NCBI GenBank assembly: GCA_963674735.2 | Contig: CAXXQS010000001.1 | Span: 2,400,001 to 2,464,000 of the forward strand | Reading direction: 5' to 3' | Source of the DNA: Myxococcota bacterium | GTDB taxonomy: Bacteria > Myxococcota_A > SURF-8 | DNA: 64,000 nt | In this document: piece after piece, positions 28,112-36,970 of the stretch | Layout: each line of letters opens with the position of its first letter | Numbering within the stretch: position 1 is the first letter of the stretch | The notes under the pieces: generated by a model | The model's input: the letters and a program-made list of their open reading frames with translations, nothing else | Databases searched by the model: none | Told to the model about the DNA's origin: nothing | Made by a program: the position numbers and the translations under genes

Positions 28112-29446
28112 ATGTCGTCCGCATTTCGTCCGCGATCCCCGCTGACCGCCATCTTCCCGGTCGTCCTTGTCTGCCTGCTGCTCGTCCTGTTCACAGCCTG
28201 CGGCGGCTCCGACGAGAGCGATCCCGCTCCCGACGGCGACACGGACGTTCCAGCCGACGGCGACACGGATGGCGATGATTCGGACGGGGACAGCGACGGC
28301 GATGCAGACGGCGAGACGGAAGAAGCCGCCCCCGCGCTTTGGCCCCCCTACGATTATTGCGAGGCCGATACGCCCCCCGACGAAAGCTGTTTCCAAAGCA
28401 AGCGCGACCCGCAATCCGACTATCTGGAACTGGCGCGCGCCATCGCCGACAAGGCCATCGCGGCACGCAACCCCGACGACATCCGCTGGGACTGGACCGA
28501 GACGGTCCTCATGCTGGGCATCGACGCCGTATACCGCCTGACCGGCGACGCCAAGTACCAGGCTTTCTACAAAACCTGGATGGATCACCACATCGCGGAA
28601 GGTTACACCATCGGATCGTCCGACACCTGTGCTCCGGCGGCGGTCGCCCTACGCCTGTTGATCGAAACCAGTGACACCACATACGCCCCCGTGTTGGAAG
28701 AGGCCCTGCACTACCTGTACGAAGTGGCCACGCGCACGGAAGAAGGCGGCATCAACCACCTCGGCACCTTCGACGCCCTGGGGATTTCGCTGTGGGTGGA
28801 TTCGCTGTTCATGTTCGGCAACGTGCTCACCGGCTGGGGCGCATACGACGACGATCTGGCTGCGCTCGACGAATACGCCTTCCAGTACCGCGTCTTCACC
28901 GACCTGCTGCAGGAATCGCTCGGCTTTTACAAGCACGGCTACAACAGCACCTTCGAGCAGGACGACGACGTTTACTGGGCGCGCGGCAACGCCTGGATCG
29001 TGGCGGCCGGGGCCGATCATCTACGCGTGCGGCGCAATCGCGGCGAGCGACTGCTCGATATGGAAGCCGCCTACCGCCGTCTGATCGCGGCCTTCGTCGA
29101 GCACCAGGACGCCTCGGGCTTGTGGTGGACCGTCTTGAATCGACCGGGCGAGACCTACCTCGAAACCAGCGCCACCGCGCTGTTTGCCTTCGGCAGCGCC
29201 CGCGCCTGGCGCTACGGCTACCTGGACGACGACGCCCTGCCACCCATTCGTCAGGCCATGGCGGGCGTGTTGAGTAAAATCGTCACCGACGGCGAGGGCG
29301 TGCCCACCGTCACCGATATCTCGGGCCCCACCAACATCGGCACCTTCGAGGTCTACGCCAACGTCCCGCTGCACGACGATCTGTCCTACGGCCTCGGCGC
29401 GGTACTGCTGGCCTTGATCGAAACCTCGGGGTTGCCACAGGAATAA
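28112..29446 (+). CDS. GH105/GH88 unsaturated uronyl hydrolase lipoprotein
   Basis: Lipobox FTAC, DGD linker, WDW, LWVDSLFM, WARGNAW, QDASGLW, ETSATALF. Confidence 0.9.
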   Translation: MSSAFRPRSPLTAIFPVVLVCLLLVLFTACGGSDESDPAPDGDTDVPADGDTDGDDSDGDSDGDADGETEEAAPALWPPYDYCEADTPPDESCFQSKRDPQSDYLELARAIADKAIAARNPDDIRWDWTETVLMLGIDAVYRLTGDAKYQAFYKTWMDHHIAEGYTIGSSDTCAPAAVALRLLIETSDTTYAPVLEEALHYLYEVATRTEEGGINHLGTFDALGISLWVDSLFMFGNVLTGWGAYDDDLAALDEYAFQYRVFTDLLQESLGFYKHGYNSTFEQDDDVYWARGNAWIVAAGADHLRVRRNRGERLLDMEAAYRRLIAAFVEHQDASGLWWTVLNRPGETYLETSATALFAFGSARAWRYGYLDDDALPPIRQAMAGVLSKIVTDGEGVPTVTDISGPTNIGTFEVYANVPLHDDLSYGLGAVLLALIETSGLPQE

Positions 29447-29650
29447 CACTCGGTAGCCGTTCATTAAACAACACCCAAACCTCGCCCATCCGCATCGCGG
29501 ATTCGCTTCTGCAGGCCGAGGTCGCCGACTGTGGGCCGATTATCAAGGGGCGTCTGTCCGATGCTGATTTTGTTGGGCAAGGACTCGCCCGGCCGCGCGA
29601 CTTCACGACAGCGATCAATAGCTTGACAGGAACCCGGCTCTCCGGTTTGC

Positions 29651-29679
29651 TTGACAAAGCGACGGATAATGCATATAAT
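29651..29679 (+). promoter_or_regulatory. Perfect-consensus sigma70 promoter of barrel paralogue B
   Basis: TTGACA-N17-TATAAT. Confidence 0.85.
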
Positions 29680-29719
29680 GAGCCACGTGTATTATCCATA
29701 ATAATTATCGAGGCTTTCG

Positions 29720-30379
29720 ATGTCGGTTCGGGCGATTTTTCGGTGTTCCGTTTTGTTTACCCTCCTCGGTGTGGCGCTCTGGGCCAATGCTGCGCCGCTG
29801 TGGGCGGCGGATGCTCTTCCCGCCACGCCGCCTGCGACGCCGCCCGTTGTCGATTCCACCTTGCCGACCGACACGCAAGAGAACGCCGCGACACCCGACG
29901 GTGAAGGTGAGAGGCCTCCCGACGCCACGCCGCGCTTCGGTTTCGCCCTCAAGCCGACGTATATGTTGATGGCACATAGTGACGATTATCATCATATCGT
30001 TGGAATGGCTTTTCAATTCGACTACAATGTGCTCTCAAAATGGTTAGACATATCGTTGGGCTTTGGCGTCCTCGCAGGTGGAAGCATATCATTGTTTATA
30101 CCCGTGGATCTTGTCTTGCATGTACGTCTGGTCGATTCAAAAACAATATGGCCTTACGTAGGTCTAGGCATGAAAGCATTGTTTATTAGAGTAATGACCT
30201 CCGACCGTAATTTGATCGGCGGCATCGTGGCTGCTGGTGCTAAATGGAGAATCGGTTCTGAGTCTGGTCTTCAACTTGAAGTTCGATATCTTCCATTGCA
30301 CGATTTAGAAGGCGATGCATTCTCAGGTTATAATATATCACACATGGAAACAAGCATCGGCTACTGGTGGCGATTTTGA
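29720..30379 (+). CDS. Small outer-membrane beta-barrel protein, paralogue B
   Basis: First ~82 aa nearly identical to A and C; WPYVGLG; ends SIGYWWRF. Confidence 0.75.
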   Translation: MSVRAIFRCSVLFTLLGVALWANAAPLWAADALPATPPATPPVVDSTLPTDTQENAATPDGEGERPPDATPRFGFALKPTYMLMAHSDDYHHIVGMAFQFDYNVLSKWLDISLGFGVLAGGSISLFIPVDLVLHVRLVDSKTIWPYVGLGMKALFIRVMTSDRNLIGGIVAAGAKWRIGSESGLQLEVRYLPLHDLEGDAFSGYNISHMETSIGYWWRF

Positions 30380-30414
30380 ATTGCTTCCGACTGGAGCTCG
30401 GCTCTCCAGTTTGC

Positions 30415-30443
30415 TTGACAAAGCGACGACTAATACATATTAT
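30415..30443 (+). promoter_or_regulatory. sigma70 promoter of barrel paralogue C
   Basis: TTGACA-N17-TATTAT; preceded by the ACTGGAG/CTCCAGT hairpin at 30390-30410. Confidence 0.75.
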
Positions 30444-30483
30444 TAGTCACGTGTATTATCCATAACAACTATCGAGGCTTTCG

Positions 30484-31137
30484 ATGTCGGTTCGGGCTAT
30501 TTTTCGGTGTTCCGTCCTGTTTACCCTCCTCGGTGTGGCGCTCTGGGCCGATGCTGCGCCGCTGTGGGCGGCGGATGCTCTTCCCGCCACGCCGCCTGCG
30601 ACGCCGCCCGTTGTCGATTCCACCTTGCCGACCGACACGCAAGAGAACGCCGCGACACCCGACGGTGAAGGCGAGAGGCCTCCCGACACCACGCCGCGCT
30701 TCGGTTTCGCCCTCAAGCCGACGTATATGTTGAGGATCTATAATGGAGATCTTCATCATACAGTCGGGCCAGGTTTTCAATTCGACTACAATGCCATCCC
30801 CAATTGGCTGGATGTGTCTCTTGAACTTGATCTCCTCATTGCCGGTTCTATAAGTTTGATCATTCCCGTAGATCTGTTCATATCGGTTCGGTTGTATCAA
30901 TCGGATACAATTTGGCCATATGTGGGTATTGGTGCAAGAGCCATGTTTTCACGAGTCCTAGCACAACAGGACTACCTGGGTTGTCTCGTTTTGGTTGGTT
31001 GCAAATGGCGGCTTTTTAAAAGCTCCGGAATTATTTTTGAACTGGGATACTTTCCGTTGTATCGATTGGATTGCTCAAGTTGTCAGTCCTTAATTCACGC
31101 CAGCAAGACAAGCATCGGCTACTGGTGGCGCTTTTGA
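30484..31137 (+). CDS. Small outer-membrane beta-barrel protein, paralogue C
   Basis: Same leader; WPYVGIG; ends SIGYWWRF. Confidence 0.75.
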   Translation: MSVRAIFRCSVLFTLLGVALWADAAPLWAADALPATPPATPPVVDSTLPTDTQENAATPDGEGERPPDTTPRFGFALKPTYMLRIYNGDLHHTVGPGFQFDYNAIPNWLDVSLELDLLIAGSISLIIPVDLFISVRLYQSDTIWPYVGIGARAMFSRVLAQQDYLGCLVLVGCKWRLFKSSGIIFELGYFPLYRLDCSSCQSLIHASKTSIGYWWRF

Positions 31138-31191
31138 ATTGCTTCTAAGTGCATTTTCATTTATCAACTGGAATATGATATATGCGAATGA

Positions 31192-31219
31192 TGTCGGGTA
31201 AGAAATTTGCCCGACCTAC
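31192..31219. repeat. GTAG-family REP-like palindrome near the left edge of the AT-rich islet
   Basis: TGTCGGGTAAGAAATTTGCCCGACCTAC; the reverse complement starts GTAGGTCGGGCA. Confidence 0.6.
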
Positions 31220-31584
31220 CTGGCGACCTCACTAATCGGTGGCTATTAAAAAAACGATTATGGTGGAGAAATGGTTTGTTTTCTTCGGGAGACAGAGGTA
31301 TCATTAATTATTGCAACAAAGATTTTGGTGGAGTCGCTTTTCCGAGGTGCATTCACAGGATAGCCGATTTTGGAGCCCAATGTGGAGAATACTGGATTAG
31401 CTGCTGTTTACGACAAACTACATAAAGAATGATCTTCGATGTGTAGACAATAGCTTGTAAATAGTGTCAATGCTTTGTTCGGCAGGCCCAAACCAAGGTG
31501 AACAAAATAGTATTATTGATTTCTTATTCTGTCGATGAATGTTCTTGAATTATATGACATTTAGAAGAAAAGAGGGATAGAAAT

Positions 31585-32463
31585 TTGAACAGCAGCATCC
31601 AGAATCGCATATTTATTAATATTTTCTTTGTCTTAATGCTTATCTTATTCTTCGCTTGCGAAGATAGAGCATTAGTCGCAATAGAAAATAATGATACTGA
31701 GATACTATATTCATTAGTATCATCAGAGGACTATAGAACTTTCAGAGATAATGAAGGCAATAGCTTACTCCATATAGCCATTCGCAGAAATCGAGTAAGT
31801 ACGGTTAAAATGCTGCTTGAGAATGGATTCTCAGAATTAATTAATAGCAGTTCAAATAATGGCAATACCCCACTCATAATCGCAGCGCATTATGGATACT
31901 TAACTATTGCTGAGATCCTAATACAGAATGGTGCAGAGGTAAACAGTACTGATGGTAATTGGAACGCATTAGCTGAGGCCGTAAGTTCTAACAACGTATC
32001 GATGGCTCATCTATTATTAGAAAGTGGTGCAAATCCAAATGCTATAATAAATGAGCAAAAAGAATCGCCACTAATGTTAGTATTTTCTTACGGAGGAATT
32101 CAAGGGTGCACCCGATTATTAATTGAACATGGAGCTGATATTAATAAGAAAGACAAAAATGGCAGGACAATGTTGCATTCGGCGTTTTACAATGGGTACG
32201 ATTTTAGTCGATACTTTTTAGAGAATGGAGCCAATCCAAACATTGAAGACGATATCGGGGAAACCCCATTTATAAAGCTAATAAAGTATGGCAATAACTT
32301 CGACCTTGTAGACTTGTTTATTAAACACGGTGCGGAGATTAATAAAAAATATAAAGATGCATATCCGTTGGACTTAGCTATAGGTCGTGGAAAACAATAC
32401 AAAGAATTTGTAAATCTGCTGATAAAAGCTGGTGCGGTTAATAGTTTTAATATGGAGCGATAA
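31585..32463 (+). CDS. Ankyrin-repeat lipoprotein (AT-rich)
   Basis: Lipobox FFAC; about 7 ANK repeats (GNSLLHIA, GNTPLIIAA, LLESGANPN, GETPF); TTG start with GAGGG RBS. Confidence 0.9.
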   Translation: MNSSIQNRIFINIFFVLMLILFFACEDRALVAIENNDTEILYSLVSSEDYRTFRDNEGNSLLHIAIRRNRVSTVKMLLENGFSELINSSSNNGNTPLIIAAHYGYLTIAEILIQNGAEVNSTDGNWNALAEAVSSNNVSMAHLLLESGANPNAIINEQKESPLMLVFSYGGIQGCTRLLIEHGADINKKDKNGRTMLHSAFYNGYDFSRYFLENGANPNIEDDIGETPFIKLIKYGNNFDLVDLFIKHGAEINKKYKDAYPLDLAIGRGKQYKEFVNLLIKAGAVNSFNMER

Positions 32464-32750
32464 TGAAATTTATAAGGTCAATATTCTTTCAAATGTATTC
32501 TGAGCCCATAACGTTTTTACCGGTTTGGATGTATTTAATATTTTTATTGGTTTTCATCTCTGATTGGATTGTATCAGGCTTGATTGCTTATAATGCATTT
32601 GGTGTTGTTGACTGGGCCAGCTATTACGAGGTTATAATATTGGACAAACTAAAAATTCCGAGAATATTTTCCGGACTAGACTTTGCAATAATCACCTCCG
32701 CATTATTCATGTATCTAGGATTAATAAATCGAGGTCGGACTAACTTATAG
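32463..32750 (+). CDS. Small two-TM hypothetical membrane protein (AT-rich)
   Basis: TAATG overlap with the ankyrin gene stop; two hydrophobic segments. Confidence 0.6.
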   Translation: MKFIRSIFFQMYSEPITFLPVWMYLIFLLVFISDWIVSGLIAYNAFGVVDWASYYEVIILDKLKIPRIFSGLDFAIITSALFMYLGLINRGRTNL

Positions 32751-32760
32751 CTTCTTAATT

Positions 32761-32820
32761 TAAGGCCGGGCACGGCGTGCCCGACAATTCATGTGTCGGC
32801 TAAAATGCGAGTCAACCTAC
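32761..32820. repeat. Degenerate GTAG-family REP doublet at the right edge of the AT-rich islet
   Basis: TAAGGCCGGGCACGGCGTGCCCGACA followed by TGTCGGC...CAACCTAC. Confidence 0.5.
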
Positions 32821-32947
32821 CCCGAATCTCTCACACCCATTAAAAGTCCGTTCATGATGAGTGCTTGGCGCAGCCGTTCAGCCTTCGCTTGACCGAGCCG
32901 TTAAAAACCGGCAGGATGAAGCGTCGATATCAGCAATAGGAGCCACC

Positions 32948-33514
32948 ATGGGATACACCCTCGTCACCTGCGCCAGTTGCGGACAGCCCAATTCCCCCGG
33001 CATCGCTCTCTGCATGAATTGCGGCGAGACCCTGGACGCTGCGGCCCGCGACGCCGCGTTTCGCGAGTCCGACAACGGGGAAGCGGACGGCATCCCTCCG
33101 GCGCGTCCGCTGGCCGAAGACCAACTGCGCGACATCGCCGCCACCCTCGGTTACACCTGCAAAAGCACCGCCTCGGGGCTGGCCATCAACGCCAAGTTGG
33201 AAGACGGCCGTCGTCAGACCGTCCATGTGTTCATGAACGGACGCGATACTGCCGGACGCGATTTGATCGGTTTCGTCTCCCTCTGCGGCAGCGCCGAAGA
33301 AACCCAAGCCCTGCGGTTGCTGAAACTGAACGCCCGCCTGCCCTTCGGTTCCATCGTCTGGCGCGATATCGCGGGACAGCCGCACATCGTCATGCAGGCC
33401 AACCAGCTCGCCGAGACGGCCGACCGCGCGGAGTTGCAGACTCTGTTGGTCGAAATCGCCCGACAGGCCGACTGGCTGGAGCGGCAGTTGGGCAAGGGCG
33501 ACGACCGTTATTAG
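32948..33514 (+). CDS. Zinc-ribbon + YbjN/T3SS-chaperone-like domain protein
   Basis: CASCGQPN...CMNCG; GRRQTVHV; LLKLNARLPFG; IARQADWLE..L..GDD.Y. Confidence 0.7.
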   Translation: MGYTLVTCASCGQPNSPGIALCMNCGETLDAAARDAAFRESDNGEADGIPPARPLAEDQLRDIAATLGYTCKSTASGLAINAKLEDGRRQTVHVFMNGRDTAGRDLIGFVSLCGSAEETQALRLLKLNARLPFGSIVWRDIAGQPHIVMQANQLAETADRAELQTLLVEIARQADWLERQLGKGDDRY

Positions 33515-33642
33515 ATTTCGTCCCCACCGCATTCCGTTGGAATGATCCGGGCCCCGATTCTCTCCTATGAGAAGTTCGGATACAAAATCGATTCGCCATC
33601 CATGACACTCAGCGGATGGCATTGTTTGAAAAGGAGAACGCC

Positions 33643-34227
33643 ATGTCCAAAACACCATCCACCATGTTGCCCATCGGCACGCAGGCCCCCGATTTCACGC
33701 TCCCGAACGTCGACGGCGAAACCGTTTCCCTGTCGACCTTCAAGGGCGCCCCGGCCTTTTTGGCGGTCTTCATGTGCAATCACTGCCCCTTCGTCAAACA
33801 CATCAACCGCGAGCTGGCCGCCCTGATCACGGAGTACCAAGCGAAAGGACTGGCGGCGGTCGGCATCAACAGCAACGACGCGCACAACTATCCCGACGAC
33901 GCACCCGACAAAATGAAGGAAGAAGCCGCGGCGCTGGGCTACACGTTCCCTTATCTCTACGACGAAACGCAACGTGTGGCCAAGGCCTATCGCGCCGCCT
34001 GCACCCCCGATTTCTTCCTCTTCGACCGCGAACGCAAGCTGGTCTACCGGGGTCAATTCGACGCCAGCCGCCCCGGCAACGACCAGCCGGTCACCGGTCA
34101 GGATCTGCGCGCCGCCCTCGACGCCGTGTTGAGCGGCACCGCCGCGCCCGCCGAACAGGCACCCAGCATCGGTTGCAACATCAAATGGAAGCCCGGCAAC
34201 GCACCCGACTACTTCAGCGCAGGCTGA
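33643..34227 (+). CDS. Thioredoxin-like AhpC/TSA family protein
   Basis: FMCNHCPFV, YLYDETQ.VAKAY.AACTPDFF, SIGCNIKW; AAGGAG RBS. Confidence 0.92.
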   Translation: MSKTPSTMLPIGTQAPDFTLPNVDGETVSLSTFKGAPAFLAVFMCNHCPFVKHINRELAALITEYQAKGLAAVGINSNDAHNYPDDAPDKMKEEAAALGYTFPYLYDETQRVAKAYRAACTPDFFLFDRERKLVYRGQFDASRPGNDQPVTGQDLRAALDAVLSGTAAPAEQAPSIGCNIKWKPGNAPDYFSAG

Positions 34228-34266
34228 AACGTCCACCATTGTGAAACAGGCATATCTTGAAAGATG

Positions 34267-34295
34267 ATTCGGGCTTGCGGGCCCGAATTTTTTTC
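34267..34295 (+). terminator. Intrinsic terminator
   Basis: ATTCGGGC/GCCCGAAT stem followed by a T-run. Confidence 0.7.
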
Positions 34296-34434
34296 ATCTT
34301 ACCCGCCACCGGACGTCTTCTGAATCGCACCCACTCCATCGCCGCTGAAAGAGTTGCGATTTTCGTCATATCCTCCTATACTTGCCGCATCAGCCATCAC
34401 AAAGACCAACCGGCTATCAGGTTAGGAGAGACGT

Positions 34435-35793
34435 ATGCAGGCCAAAATCGACCGATTGTCGCCCAAACTCGCGCTGGGCTTGATGCTCGCTATCCTGATT
34501 CTGACCGCCTGCCGCGGCGCTTCCTCGCCCTCCCCGCTCGCGGCCATGAACGACGATCAACGCAGCCGGATCGAAGCTACACTCGACACCTATGAACATC
34601 CCGAGCTGCCCGCCTTGCTGGGCGATGCCTCGCCGCTGGCGCAGCGCCTGTTGAAACACATTCCCGCCAATCTGCACATGCGCATCCGACACGATCCCGC
34701 GCTGGATCTGGTCAGCCATCGCTTCGCCTATCTGGGCGCATCCGAAAGCCGCCTGCCGCCCGACGGCTATGCCCAGTGGGGCCTCTGGCGTTATGGTCGT
34801 AGCGGTCAATATTACTGCGTCAGCTACCGAAGCTCGAAAGGCCGCAGCTTGTCCACCCGGCTGGACCAACACCTGGCGCTACGCGCGGAAAAACTTACCG
34901 ACCTTCTGCAAAAACACCCCGACGGCCACTTCAGCTTCGGTGTCGCCCGCGTCAATTACCAGCTATCGCGCTATGCCCAGGCGGTGCTCGTGGTACAGAA
35001 TAAGCTGCAACTCGATCCGCTAGCCAAATACCCGCAACCGGGTCAACCTTTCACCGTCTCGGGACGCTTCCTGGTCCGCTCCGATCGCTACAACGCCTAT
35101 TTCGAAGGTGACGACGGCGCGATTAACAAGCAACGAATCCATCCCGATCAAGACGGACGTTTTTCCATCACCCTGACCGCCCCCACAAAGCCGGGCCACT
35201 ACCCAGTCGGAATCTGGTATCGCGAACCTGTCACCGGCGCGGAAGAAACACCCGTGTCCGACGCCCGAAACTGGACCCGGCCAGCGCTTTGGCTTCCGAT
35301 TTTCATTGGGATCAGAGAACTGCAAAAACCGACCGTCGCCATCCTGCGCCCACGTGCCAATCCCGCTGATCCGCAGGAATGGATTCAGCGGCTGCTCGAC
35401 AGCACCAATGCGGTCCGACAAGCGAAAGGGCTCAAACCGCTCACCTACGACGCCGAAGCCGCTCAGCTCGCTCAGCAGCAAGTGGAGCATCCCACCTGCG
35501 AGGTCCCATTTGATCCCGATCTGAAAACCAAGTTGGGCTGTAAAGCCTACCAGAGTACCCGCAGCTTCGATCGTTTAGACGAGATGCTGTGGATGAATCG
35601 CAATCGCCCCGGCTACCTGTATAACCTGCTCAAACCGGAAGTCGAACGGATCGCCTTCGCGGTCAAGCCGAATGAAAATGGCGGATTCCATTCGGTGGAG
35701 TATCTGCTGGGTCCAAAAATTGTCGACGAGGACCCCGAGCCCGAACCCGCCAACACACCCGCAGCCGCTCCCGTCGCCGAGCCGCCCGAATAA
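34435..35793 (+). CDS. Lipoprotein with a degenerate CAP/SCP-like domain
   Basis: Lipobox LTAC; LLDSTNAVRQAKGLKPLTYD..AQLAQQ resembles a CAP start; the conserved His is not evident. Confidence 0.55.
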   Translation: MQAKIDRLSPKLALGLMLAILILTACRGASSPSPLAAMNDDQRSRIEATLDTYEHPELPALLGDASPLAQRLLKHIPANLHMRIRHDPALDLVSHRFAYLGASESRLPPDGYAQWGLWRYGRSGQYYCVSYRSSKGRSLSTRLDQHLALRAEKLTDLLQKHPDGHFSFGVARVNYQLSRYAQAVLVVQNKLQLDPLAKYPQPGQPFTVSGRFLVRSDRYNAYFEGDDGAINKQRIHPDQDGRFSITLTAPTKPGHYPVGIWYREPVTGAEETPVSDARNWTRPALWLPIFIGIRELQKPTVAILRPRANPADPQEWIQRLLDSTNAVRQAKGLKPLTYDAEAAQLAQQQVEHPTCEVPFDPDLKTKLGCKAYQSTRSFDRLDEMLWMNRNRPGYLYNLLKPEVERIAFAVKPNENGGFHSVEYLLGPKIVDEDPEPEPANTPAAAPVAEPPE

Positions 35794-35889
35794 AGGAAAG
35801 CACCGCAAGAAATTGGAGCACCGCCCGTTTCGCGCTATACTGAAAGCCGAATCGGCCAGGTACACGGTTGAACCCCCATACGGTCGGCG

Positions 35890-36882
35890 ATGATGAATGA
35901 AACTTCCACACCGCGCATCAGCGTCCTGCTTCCCGTTTACAACGGCATGCCCTATCTGTCGCAAGCGGTGGACTCCATTCTCGGACAGACTTTTCCCGAC
36001 TTCGAACTGATCGTCATCGACGACGCCTCCAACGACGGAACGTCCGCTTATCTGGCGAGCCTCTCCGACCCGCGCCTGCGCGTAATCTCGTTCAAATCCA
36101 AACGGGGACTGGCACCCTCTCTGAATTTCGGGATTGAAACCGCCAAGGGGCTCTACATCGCCCGCATCGATGCGGACGACATCGCCCTGCCCGCACGTCT
36201 GGAAACACAGGTTCGCTATCTCGACTGCCACCCGGACGTGGGTCTGGTGGGCATGCGCTATCGCTTGATCGATCACGAAGGCCGCATCACAGATCCGTGT
36301 CCGGTTCGTGCGAACCCCTTGCCCATCAACGAGCGTCTGTTAACCGGAAACTGCCTGGCCCATCCGACGGTCTTGTTTCGTCGTTTGATCGGTCACGCGC
36401 CGGTGCAATACGATCCCAAAGCCAAACAGGCGGAAGACTACGACTTGTGGCTGCGGCTGTCTCTCCAAACGACCTTGGTCGAACTCCCGCAGATCGGCCT
36501 TCACTATCGCCTCAACCAGGATGGATTGACCTCGCAGAATGTCTCGGCCGTCGACCGCCACGCCGCCCATTACCAACAGGCCGCCCTCGATGCACTCGAC
36601 ATGGAAAACCCCGAAACTCGCGAGCGCATCGTGCGTGCCTGGTTACACCATCGTCACGATGCGCTTTCGGCCCCGCTCGTCCGACGCGCTCTCACACACC
36701 CACTGGGTCCGGCCACGTTCGTCAATCCTGAATTCTGGATGGAAAATCTGATCAAGGAATACGTGTGGACCCGCGACCCGCTCAAGCTGGCACTGCTGAA
36801 ACAAGCGGCACGCCGCCACCCGCGCTTGGCCTTTAAAAGCGCTGCTCGTTGGGGCACCAGCAAATTTTTGCGACAGCTCTGA
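35890..36882 (+). CDS. Glycosyltransferase family 2
   Basis: ISVLLPVYNG, IDDASNDGT, IARIDADD, AEDYDLW. Confidence 0.93.
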   Translation: MMNETSTPRISVLLPVYNGMPYLSQAVDSILGQTFPDFELIVIDDASNDGTSAYLASLSDPRLRVISFKSKRGLAPSLNFGIETAKGLYIARIDADDIALPARLETQVRYLDCHPDVGLVGMRYRLIDHEGRITDPCPVRANPLPINERLLTGNCLAHPTVLFRRLIGHAPVQYDPKAKQAEDYDLWLRLSLQTTLVELPQIGLHYRLNQDGLTSQNVSAVDRHAAHYQQAALDALDMENPETRERIVRAWLHHRHDALSAPLVRRALTHPLGPATFVNPEFWMENLIKEYVWTRDPLKLALLKQAARRHPRLAFKSAARWGTSKFLRQL

Positions 36883-36921
36883 AAGTCAGGCGCGTCTTGG
36901 CGTATGCATCCATAAACACAG

Positions 36922-36950
36922 GAACGGCGGAGCCGAAGGCCCCGCCGTTC
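36922..36950. terminator. Hairpin between the convergent GT2 and MCP genes
   Basis: GAACGGCGG-agccgaaggcc-CCGCCGTTC. Confidence 0.6.
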
Positions 36951-36970
36951 GCGTCGACAACCCTTTAATT

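Noticed and set aside
20565-31137. Diversity-generating retroelement behind the barrel variation
   Set aside because: No reverse transcriptase in the window, no TR/VR pair, and the differences are not adenine-restricted and include indels.
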